A stretch of 64,000 nt of DNA from Alphaproteobacteria bacterium (GTDB lineage Bacteria > Pseudomonadota > Alphaproteobacteria > MPNO01 > UBA830). Below are positions 1-9,025 of this stretch, piece by piece. Every line of letters begins with the position of its first letter. Positions within the stretch are counted from its first letter, which is position 1. The stretch is taken from assembly GCA_965243135.1 (NCBI GenBank), contig OZ251539.1:2592001-2656000 (forward strand), in the 5' to 3' direction. The position numbers and the translations under genes are program-made. Below the pieces are notes generated by a model. That model had not been told where the DNA came from and searched no databases. It worked only from the letters and a program-made list of their open reading frames with translations.

Positions 1-160
1 CGGTGGCCTCGTCCGTCCACCTGCCGCGGCGCCGGCCCGTCAGATAGACGTAGAGCGACCGCCCCTTTTCGCCCGCCACCGAACCGGCCTGCCAATAGTT
101 GCCCGCCCGAGCGCCTCCCGGCAGATAGTTCCGGCAGACCTGTTCGACGCGGTCCGCTAG

Positions 161-1923
161 CCCGCATATCTCACCAGAGCGAATCAGGGGGCTGGATTCG
201 GGTTGCGGGCGCGGTTTTCGGGACGACCGGCGAGCCGGGGAAACAGGGCGCAGTCAGCAAGCAGGGCTTTCTCACGAACGAAACACGAACTTGCGCGGCT
301 GCGGGCGACTCCGACGCCATGGAATCCAATGCCCGAACATACCCGTCCCGTGGCCGGCGTTCCGGCTTTCGAAAAAGGGTTGTCGGGGCCGCGAGCGGCG
401 TCAGGTCGGGGCCGGCGGCGCAGCCGCCTGCAAGTTCGCCAGGACCCGGGCGAACAGATCCTTCCACGGCCAGACCGACGAAAACGAGAGCAGAACCCTC
501 CGAACGGAGATGCGGATGCAGACGGCGACCTTGAGGAGCTTCGTCCGAATCGTTCCGGCCTGCGCCCTGTCCTCCCCGGTGCCGGCCAGGCCGACCCTCC
601 GAATCGCCGCCACCAGGTGGCTGGCGAACGTCGCAAAGTCGAGGCGCAACTGGTTCGCCCGCATGGTCGCGGTCGAGGTCCGGTCGGCGAACAGGTCGAG
701 CTGCTGTTCCTTGATGCGGTTCTCCATTTCGCCGCGCGCGCAGTACAGATCCTCGTAGAGAGCCTGCGCTCCCGCCCGCTTGCAGCCCAGCGAAGTCACG
801 ACGAAGCGGGCGTTGAGGCCGCGAGGACCCGGCAGCCACTCCGCCTTCGCGACCACCCGCCGCGTCCGGCTCCACGACCTCCGGGTTCGGTACCGGAAGT
901 CGCAGAACCGCCGCGACGCCTTGCCGGTCGAGAGGCAGCGGCGGCGCGACTTGCGCAACTGCCTGGCGATGCGCCCCGCCAGGCGGGGGTTGCGGGACAG
1001 GCCGAACAGGTAGTCGACCCCGTTGTCTTCGCACCACGTCATGAGTTCGTCGCGGCAAAAGCCGCCGTCGCCGCGAACGACGATCCCGGTCTCCGGCCAG
1101 CGCTTGCGAATGCGCTCCACAATCCGTGCCAACTCCTCCGCCGTGCCCGCCGCCGGGTCGACGTTCGCAGGCCGCAACCGCGAACACAAAATCAGATCGT
1201 CCCACACGATGTAGAGCGGAAGGTAGCAGTATGAGTCGTAGTAGCCGTGGAAGTGACGCCCCTCCTGGTTGCCGTGCACCAGGTCGTCGGTGGAGTCGAC
1301 GTCCAGCCAGATCTCTTTCGGCGGCGACGGACAGGCGTCGAGGGACAAGTCGATCTTGAGATCGTCCAGCGCTCCCGGAATGGCCGTGATCTTCTTGTAC
1401 CGGTGCGTCTCGGCCTCGCCGGGAACGCCCAGCTCGAACCGGTTCACGGTGCTCGAACCGGCCAGTGGAATGCCGCGGTCGCGCTCCCGAACCCGCTCCT
1501 CCCCGGTCAGGTCGGTGCACCCGACAGCCAGCGCCAGCACGCTGTCGGCCCGAATCTGGTCGTGATCGTTCACGTCCTCGTAACCCAGCAAAAGGCCGAA
1601 CAGCCGCTGTGAAACCAACCGCCGCACCGGGTGCTCGAGGCGTTCCTGACATCGGTGATCCTCGAAGCAAGCCGCCATTCGCGGCGTCAGGTCGAGCAGC
1701 GTGTCGGCCTGGCGCAACAGCGTCGCGCCGCCGTCGGTGCTGAGCCGGCCGCCTTCGAAATCGCCGACCACCTTGCGGCTTCCGAGGCCTTGAAACTCAA
1801 GCTGCAACGGTTTACAGTCTGTTGGCATGGGGTTTTCCTTCGCAGGTCGTGTAGTGGCTTGATTCTTCTATATGTACTGCGAATCGAAGACCCCATGCAA
1901 CCAGTTGTGGTGAGATATCCGGG
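161..1923 (-). mobile_element. IS1380-family insertion sequence, complete
   Basis: 16-bp terminal inverted repeats CCCGCATATCTCACCA (161-176) and TGGTGAGATATCCGGG (1908-1923), one mismatch; CTAG target duplication at 157-160 and 1924-1927. Confidence 0.92.
401..1828 (-). CDS. IS1380-family DDE transposase
   Basis: Motifs FEGGRLSTDGG, GYEDVNDHD, LDVDSTDDLVHGNQEG, VRGDGGF, YCARGEMENRIKEQQ; 475 aa. Confidence 0.95.
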   Translation of the reverse strand: MPTDCKPLQLEFQGLGSRKVVGDFEGGRLSTDGGATLLRQADTLLDLTPRMAACFEDHRCQERLEHPVRRLVSQRLFGLLLGYEDVNDHDQIRADSVLALAVGCTDLTGEERVRERDRGIPLAGSSTVNRFELGVPGEAETHRYKKITAIPGALDDLKIDLSLDACPSPPKEIWLDVDSTDDLVHGNQEGRHFHGYYDSYCYLPLYIVWDDLILCSRLRPANVDPAAGTAEELARIVERIRKRWPETGIVVRGDGGFCRDELMTWCEDNGVDYLFGLSRNPRLAGRIARQLRKSRRRCLSTGKASRRFCDFRYRTRRSWSRTRRVVAKAEWLPGPRGLNARFVVTSLGCKRAGAQALYEDLYCARGEMENRIKEQQLDLFADRTSTATMRANQLRLDFATFASHLVAAIRRVGLAGTGEDRAQAGTIRTKLLKVAVCIRISVRRVLLSFSSVWPWKDLFARVLANLQAAAPPAPT

Positions 1924-2464
1924 CTAGCGCGGCCGCCAATGCGCCGGCGGCGGGGTACCGCCCGGGCCCGCTCTGCAGCGCCTGCGCCATGTCTCGTTCT
2001 CCCGCCATGCTGCCGGCCGGACAAAGGTTTCGGGGCGGCTTGACGCTCGCGGACATTCGCAGAGAGTAACGCACCGCACGAAACGCCGCCCGCGGGCCCC
2101 GCTCGTTCCAGCGGAACGTAACACAGACGAGCACGGCCCGTTCCAGAGCGCGCGGACGAACGGATGGTTCGCCAGTCCGTCGCTGCCGCCCAAAACGCTT
2201 CCGGAAGAAATACCGGAAGATTCGGCGAGACGGGCTGATTTTCGACAGGCTCGGAACCTGCTCGCTTCGATTGCATCGGAATTGACAGGGAGGAGGTAAA
2301 AGGCGCGTCCATTTCATCGGAGCCGATGAGGGCCAACGATTCTCCGACAGCTTCCCACCATGGTTCGCATGATGGATGTTTCGGCGGGAGAAACAGCAGC
2401 GTCGATCCGCTGGCGTACCGCTCTTTCCTGCGTACACCCCCGAGGCGAAGATGGATGGACGGCT

Positions 2465-3322
2465 TCAGATTCGATCAAAGAACGCCCTATCCACCGCGCC
2501 GCCTTCCACTGTTTTCACACCCATATCGTATTCCTTCAACAGATCGCAGAGCTCTTCGCCATCGATCAGATCAATGGTTGGCGCCTCGGTTCTGTTCGCC
2601 TCTTCACTTGCTCCCCTTGTGAATGTCCCGGTGGTGATGAACAGGCCCTTGTCCGAGCGCCCGGCCATCGCTCCTCTGAAGTCGCGGATTTCGCGCGCAG
2701 CGACGGAACCGATGAATCTCTTGCACTGGAACAAAACACGGAACGAGATAAGATTGACCCGGAGCAGGCCAATACCGTCTATGCCACCATCGCCGGGGCT
2801 TCCCGTGACCTCAACGTTCGTGAAACCCGCCTCCCGCAACAAGCGCTGGCAAAGACGCTCGAACGCCTTAGGCGGAATACCGCGCAATACATCGAGAAGG
2901 TGATCTTTCCATTCGTCTTGCGGCGTATCCTGAACCTGCCCCGAAGAACCATCTTCGGCTTTTTTGAGGCTACGGCGCTTGAGGTATTCCTTGTGTGCAT
3001 TATCGACTATTTCACTAACCTTTTCATCCGACTGAACTGACCGCCCATACTCGTTGATCGTCCAGACGCCTCTCGATGAATTTTCGACCAGACCGGCGAT
3101 CTTAAGATAGGTACGAGCCCAACTCGCATTGGCGTCAAAGATAGTCCTCGTGGAACCTTCCTTGTGCGGGATCTCCCGGATCGAGTCTGGGAGTTGCAGA
3201 TCAGATGCGACCTTGTCCGAGATCTCCCGAATGGTGCCGGACCCCCCCAATGCGCTCAAGGCTTTCAAGGTCGGCCCGAGCAAGTCCTGCCATCCTGGAA
3301 CTTTTTGTGGTTGAGCCATCAA
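2465..3322 (-). CDS. mrr: Mrr-family type IV restriction endonuclease
   Basis: Mrr N-terminal wHTH (WARTYLKIAGLVENSSRGVW) plus catalytic GDGGIDG...FQCKR, GLFITTGTFT and IDLIDGEEL. Confidence 0.93.
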   Translation of the reverse strand: MMAQPQKVPGWQDLLGPTLKALSALGGSGTIREISDKVASDLQLPDSIREIPHKEGSTRTIFDANASWARTYLKIAGLVENSSRGVWTINEYGRSVQSDEKVSEIVDNAHKEYLKRRSLKKAEDGSSGQVQDTPQDEWKDHLLDVLRGIPPKAFERLCQRLLREAGFTNVEVTGSPGDGGIDGIGLLRVNLISFRVLFQCKRFIGSVAAREIRDFRGAMAGRSDKGLFITTGTFTRGASEEANRTEAPTIDLIDGEELCDLLKEYDMGVKTVEGGAVDRAFFDRI

Positions 3323-4011
3323 TCCTCCTCATTCTTGCTTGTCAGAATCAGGTCCGATGTCGACAGGCCGGTGAAGCAAGTTTGCTCTACCCCATTCCCG
3401 AAATGATTTTCAGACGACGAACGTTCCCACTGTCCCTGCACCTTAGCTCACAGGCCAGACCATATTGCCCTCGCGACAAAGATTGCCGCCCGCTCGCGTC
3501 GCACTTCCGAGTTGACAGGAGGAGGTTACAAGATGCTTGAACAAAGTCAAAGTGCACCCCGAACGCTCACTCCAAGGCTATCGATCCTCCCGCCGGCAGT
3601 TTCGGCAATGCCTCGAATCCACAGTCCTGCCATCCGAGCCAAGGCCGGGAGCACTCCTGACCCGTAGTGGAGCGGCACACCGACTTCCAGAAACAGGTGC
3701 AGCCAAGATCTCTAGGCGCACTGCCGACTTCGTCCGCAACCTGCAACCAACCGATCGGCAATGCAAAACCGGCGACCGGCAACCGCTTTCATGTATGTGC
3801 ACACGGTCCACAGAGCGTCACAGGCTCATGCCGCCGCGGGCTTTGCCCGAAACACTTTCTCCTGCCTCCCCGACCGAACGCTATCGCGCTCGTCCCGTTC
3901 GACTCCGTTAGTTTCCTGCGCTCTGGATATCCCTTGGTCCGCCCGCACATCGTTCCGCCCGGCCCACCTCCGCGAGATCATCTCCCTATCCCGCACAAGA
4001 AGCCCCGGACC

Positions 4012-4225
4012 GGACCACTGCTACGCCCGGTCGGCAAGGCCGAAGGCGTAGCCCTCCATGTCATGACGCCGCAAGCCGTCATGACGCGGCTGAAGCGGCG
4101 GTCCGAGCAAGCAGGCATCGCGCTCTGCAGTCCGCACGACCTGCGCCGGCCGTTCGTCGGCGACCTGCTCAAGGTCGACACCGACTTCGCGATCATCCAA
4201 CGTTTCGCCGGACATGCTAGCCGCA
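4012..4225 (+). pseudogene. Tyrosine recombinase/integrase C-terminal fragment
   Basis: QAVMTRLKRRSEQAGIALCSPHDLRR...IQRFAGHAS carries the HxLR and GH motifs; N-terminus and catalytic Tyr segment not evident. Confidence 0.7.
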
Positions 4226-4419
4226 GACGACCGGCGCGGCGAATTTCAGCGCCGCGGCTTCCGTTCGGGCGCGCATCGGTGCAGACGACGCCGAACGTGA
4301 AAGACGGGCATGCGCACGCCGACAAACGCGAAGCACCGGACCGACCTCCAGGGCGATCAGGAAAGCGCACTAGCTGCCAATCGTCGGTCGCAAGCCGCGC
4401 CGTCGAACGGGAATTCGCT

Positions 4420-5350
4420 TCAGGGCACCCGAAACGTGGCAACGGGAGGAATCTCGTCCAGTTTCCTGGGTTCCAGCGTCGGAACGTGAGGGGCGCCCAG
4501 CAGCTCGAACCAGCGTTTCCTGTCTCCGCCCGCCGCCCTTATGGGCCCGGAGTACAGGGCGACCGGCCCGCTCAGGTCGGAAACGACCATGTTCACTTCG
4601 CCGGGCATCCAGTCCGGCGAGCGCAGATCGTCAAGCGGCAGGGCCGTGTGGGTGTAGTCGGCCAGAAGATCCTGGACGACTGCGCGCCCGCCCCAGCTGT
4701 TCGCCGCTTTCGCGACCAGTTGGGACGCCATTCTCGCCCAGACCTGCCGCACGTTGACCCCGGGCGCCCTGACCGGACCCCCGGCGGCGCGCGAACAGAA
4801 CCGCCCTGCGAAAGGCGCTCTGGATATTGGTCCCCTTTTCCCTGTTCCCTCCGGACGTCGAACAAGTCATTATCTCGACGACGACGGGAACGGATCCGGG
4901 TTCCGCGGCCCGCAGCACATAGTCGAGGCGGTAGTCGAACACGCCTTTCTCCCCCTCCTCCTTGAGAGATATTTCAGACCACACGGATACTTCCTGTCCG
5001 GGGAGAAAACCGCAGAGCGCGAACACCCGGTCGGCCAGGTCGCGATGTCGATCCGCGACGCCGTTCGAGGAAAAGGCGAGCAGTCGCCTGGAGCAAATCG
5101 CCCATGTCTCTTTTTTCTTCGGGGTTTCGATCGAGCAGATACCGCACGGAAGATGGCCCTGCGTCCTGCGGCCGACCTTGTAGTCGAAAAAGGGTCCCAG
5201 TCCCGGATCCGCCGCGGCCACGCGAGCCATGTCGCGGTTTCCCCCGCCGTCGCAGATTTCGCCCAGGAACGGACACAGTGCGCTGCGGCAAGCGCTCGAA
5301 TCCATGTTTCCGTCGAGAACCTGACCGAACAGTTCCCTGACTACAGGCAC
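4420..5350 (-). pseudogene. NotI-like type II restriction endonuclease, frameshifted
   Basis: ELFG...CPFLGEICD, GICSI, WAICSRR, LDYVL, VVVEIMTCSTSGG; C-terminus (RQVWARMASQLVAK) continues in another frame after ~4760. Confidence 0.7.
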
Positions 5351-6415
5351 AGGCTCTCTCTCAGATCCGAAGCGACGGGCCATCGGCGGCGGCACCGCGT
5401 TCGCCACCTGCCGATGCTGGTCGAGGTCGCGAACGACGCCGGTTCGCCGGCGGATGGGGCCCACGAAAACGTGGCCGTCGGGAAAGCCCTGAAGGCGAGC
5501 GGCTTCGCGAGGAGTGATGTAGCGGTCCGCCGTGGGATGATAGAGCGCTTCGCCGCATCGAAGCGTCGACGCCAGCATGGATCTGTCCAGCCTTCTGTAC
5601 TTCGTGGTGTCCTTGCGGGTCAGGTTCCTGAGAATGTCCGGAGGCACGCCGGGCGTCTTCGAGAGCCACAGCCCTTCGGGCACGTAGGCGATGCGTTCGC
5701 GCTGCGGGGTCACGTCGACGTGGTTCGGAAACGGCGGCTCTCCGCCCGGAGCGGACGGCTCCGGAAGACCCCGAAGCGCTTCGCCGACCGTGACCTGAAG
5801 GCCGGATCGCAGAATGGGAAACTCGAACCGCTGGCCCGCGGGCACGAATGCCATGACCGCCCGCCGCCGGCGTTGCGCGACGCCGTGCTCGCTGGCCTCG
5901 AGCAGGTCGGCGCGCATGTCGTATCCCAGTCTGCGAAACTCCGCCTGAAGAGCGTCCATCAGGGGGGAGCCGTCCAGAGTCCGGGCCCGCAGGAAGTTGG
6001 GTACCTGCTCGATCAGGATGGCGGTGGGACGAAGGGCTTCCGCGAACCTCGCCATTTCGAAGACCAGCCCTCCGCGAGGGTCGCGAAGGCCGGCCTGCTT
6101 GCCGATCTGGCTGAAGGGCTGGCACGGCGGACCTCCGTGGAGCAGGCTCAACTGTCCCCGTTCCAGCCCGAGCGCTTCCAGGATCCTCGCGGGATCCAGC
6201 GCCCGGACGTCCACCTGCCAGACGGTCTTCCGCTTTGCGTTGCGCCGCAGCGGCGCGGCGCAGTGCGGATCGGCGGCGCAAACGGTCTTGAAGCCGGCCT
6301 GGTCGACGCCGATGTCCATGCCGCCCGCTCCGGCGAACAGGCTGATGGCCGTCCGGCCTTTCACGGCGCGAAGCCCTCGTCGATCTCCAGCGTTGCCCGG
6401 CAGCCCGTCATGCAT
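5351..6415 (-). pseudogene. C5 DNA cytosine methyltransferase, eroded
   Basis: SLFAGAGG (motif I), GGPPCQPFS (IV), EQV (VI), QRRRR (VIII), REAARLQGFPD and QVANAVPP (IX/X); motif II region shortened; reads through into the downstream nuclease. Confidence 0.85.
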
Positions 6416-6699
6416 CGCAGATTCCCCTCCCCAATTGTATTTCAATTGCGTAGCCTCCGAATCGTCAATCGATCTTCCTTCGCCGGCCCGGCGAGTGCCG
6501 CGTGCGCCTCAAGAGCCGCCCTTTCGGAACATAAGGTGTCTTTTGATGGCTTTCAAGGGGAAATTTTAGCGGCCGGTCGAAATTCCGTCCCGACGCGCCG
6601 AACACGCGCCGAACCGGCGGGGCCGGAAAGGCGGTTTCGTCCGCGCCGAAGCTGCCTGGCCGCCGCTCCGGCCGACGAACGCGAAAGTCGTCGCACTGT

Positions 6700-7102
6700 C
6701 CGCCGCTGCGCGATCGCCTTCAGCCTTCCAGAAACGCCCGCGTCCGGACCGAGTAGAGAGCCCGATTTCGCATTCCCGGAGCGGGAGGATCTCCCAGTCC
6801 GTTTCGAGGAGGCAGGCCGCGTTCTCGGCGTCCCTCTTCCTGTTGCGCGCTAGTTTCGGGAGCCGGTAGTCTCGCCTCGACTTCCGAAGCCGTCCGTGCG
6901 GACAGGAGTGTCGGCGCCGGAAGCAACCGTGGACGCGGATCATTTTCCTCCGGTCGGGAAAGACCGGAGTGCCGGGCAGATCTCTCCGATGAAGTCGATA
7001 AAAATATCCAATCGCGTGCGTCAGGAGACGCACGATCATTTCGGGCCCAGTATCCTTGCTCCCGACCCCGCGCCCGCTTCGAACGCCCGTACGTTCCGCC
7101 AT
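6700..7102 (-). pseudogene. vsr: Vsr very-short-patch repair endonuclease, degenerate
   Basis: SKDTGPEMIVR...YRLHRRDLPGTP...VHGCF...KLARNRKRD...WEIL..ECE; the PD and FW motifs are damaged. Confidence 0.8.
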
Positions 7103-7420
7103 TGCCGGGTTCCAGAATTCAGGGGCGGACGGACAGCCCGCACGGCTACCCCATGCCGGGATTTCAGTTCAAGGAAGAGGCCGCAGCCCACATCGATTTC
7201 ACGCCGCCGCCGAACTTCGGCGGCGAACGTTTTGCCTCCTTGCAAGTTCTTGAGGCGAACCGGCAGGCCGATAGCCGCTCCGCTCCTTCGGTTCGTCTGC
7301 CCGATTCGCTTCATGTTCGCTTTCGCCCCAAGCGCCCAACGGTCAAGCAATCTCCTCGTGGTTCGCTGGAAAGCGGTTGCGGCGCTACCGCTTGCGAAGC
7401 CTTTCGCAACAAGGACAACG

Positions 7421-7830
7421 GTAGAGTCGATGACTGACGCGTTCGCGGGTAGGAGGGTCCAGTGATTGTTCGGTCACTGTCGCTCCCGGCCTCAGTCCGA
7501 CTCACCTGACCGCGTTTCCGGTCCCCCCCCTCTCCGAACCGGACGTACGGAGCATCCGTTTCTCCAACACGCGTCTCGCACACGGAGGGCAGCGATCCTG
7601 AACAGACTGGCTCTCCGGCCCAGAGTTGCACCGTCTCTGGTCTGCTCTCGCTTTTCCAGATCGCCATCGAACGTGTTCACGCCTCGACAGCCCCGGCCTC
7701 TCGACCGGGTTCCTTCGCTTTTGCATGTGACGCTTCCGGGATCTCCGGCAAGTAGTCGGTTGTTGGCCGAGCCCTTCTCCCTTGCGCTGCCTCCACCGCT
7801 CCGGCACCTCGACTCACCGACCAGCCCGCC
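7421..7830 (-). mobile_element. Group II intron relic (domain III-like, V and VI), no RT ORF
   Basis: Minus strand GGAGAAACGGATGCTCCGTACGTCCGGTTCGGAGAGGGGGGG resembles domain V with the loop deleted, followed by the typical 3' end CGACTCTAC at 7421. Confidence 0.65.
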
Positions 7831-8392
7831 CGATAATGCCCTTCGCAACAGAGATTGCCGACTGTCGGTGTTGTACTTCGAAGTCGATAGGGTTTTTTAA
7901 AGAATTTGCAAGAAAACTATGTCGTCCGTCCGCCCATGCGTTCGCGGCTTTCGGGAAAGCACGCCGCCATCTGGCATCGAGCATGGTCTCAAGATCGAAA
8001 CCGCGACGTTCTGGATGCACAACACGGGTTTCTGACGGTGGTGCCGAGTCCTGTCGGCAACTGTGTCTCGGAGAGCCGTCTTCGAGGCTGCGAGTGCATA
8101 CCGTGCCCCCAGAGCGTCGCGACCGGATCAAATATCTACTTCGCTTCCTTGCCGCCAAACAGCAATAGACGCCACGCCAAGTGATGTTGAACGTAGATGA
8201 CGAACATACACAGAAAACATAGATGCGGGCTCATGTTTCTAGTATCGCTGCCACCGTATGCAAAGGCGTCCACGACGCGGTTGAAAGGCCGCCCTGTGCG
8301 ATCCATCGGGTAGATCCGGGCCCGCGTCGCGTCAACAGGCGGCACCCGGATCCGATTTGGCGTCGGAGGACCTGAGAAAAAAAATGCAGCGG

Positions 8393-8436
8393 CAACCAAT
8401 TTTGTGGTTGACATCGCGTCGGATTGTGGTTACGTT
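8393..8436 (+). promoter_or_regulatory. Sigma70-type promoter with overlapping operator-like repeats
   Basis: TTGACA (8408-8413), 17-nt spacer, TACGTT (8431-8436); inverted CAACCA/TGGTTG and direct TTGTGGTT repeats overlap the -35 and -10. Confidence 0.6.
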
Positions 8437-8709
8437 GCCCTTGAATTTGCGACGCGACTATTCGCGGTTTTCCACCCTGTCACCATAGACGAGGGGCGGC
8501 TGCGCAGGGCTGACCGGTTTTATCCGGAAGCCTTGTACGTCTTGGGATGACCACATCGTAGTTGTTGCCGCCTTCGGTCACGCTGGGTGTTGCCCGGCAA
8601 GCGGAAGGAGGATGCGCATGGAGAACGAGTCTCCCTGGCACCTCGGTTCATCACCGCAATTTGCGGCCGAGGCAGGCTTGCGTATCGGCCGCCAGCCAAG
8701 GAGACGAAG

Positions 8710-8907
8710 ATGTCAGCCAGTACCGAAATGAAGAAAGTTCGCCGACGGCTTGAGCGGTTGGGTTTCATCGCAACCAAGACTCGCAGTGGCCATTGGAAGT
8801 TCGGGCATCCGAACATGGAAGGCGTCGTGTTTGCGGCCGGCACGCCTTCCGACCACCGCGCCATCAAGAATTTTCTCGCCGAATTGCAGCGAAAAACGAG
8901 AGAGTGA
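8710..8907 (+). CDS. HicA-like small protein (putative dsRBD-fold mRNA interferase)
   Basis: 65 aa, basic; LERLGF..TKTRSGHWKFGHP...GTPSDHRAIKN; AAGGAG RBS before ATG 8710. Confidence 0.7.
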   Translation: MSASTEMKKVRRRLERLGFIATKTRSGHWKFGHPNMEGVVFAAGTPSDHRAIKNFLAELQRKTRE

Positions 8908-9025
8908 GAACGCTGTCCCTTGCTTGATCGGCAATCTAGGGATCGGCACCTTGAGCGGTCCCCAGCCTCGCTCTTGCACGGCATCACATCTGTACATCCA
9001 ACGTGATGGAGGAATCGGAGGAATT

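Larger units (their letters stand above)
1..2008 (-). pseudogene. ICE/plasmid-type DNA primase (toprim-family) gene, 5' part, interrupted by IS1380
   Basis: Removing the IS and one CTAG joins MAGERDMAQ...AGALAAALA in frame to DRVEQVCRNYLPGGARAGNYWQAGSVAGEKGRSLYVYLTGRRRGRWTDEAT, which resembles the N-terminus of alphaproteobacterial mobile-element primases; runs off the left edge. Confidence 0.7.

Noticed and set aside
4631-6445. Novel natural MTase-endonuclease fusion protein
   Set aside because: Better explained by a frameshift that removed the MTase stop; the nuclease is itself frameshifted and has its own start.
7100-7350. Controller (C-protein/XRE) gene upstream of vsr
   Set aside because: Only a vague HTH-like stretch (RLKNLQGGKTFAAEV); too degenerate to call.
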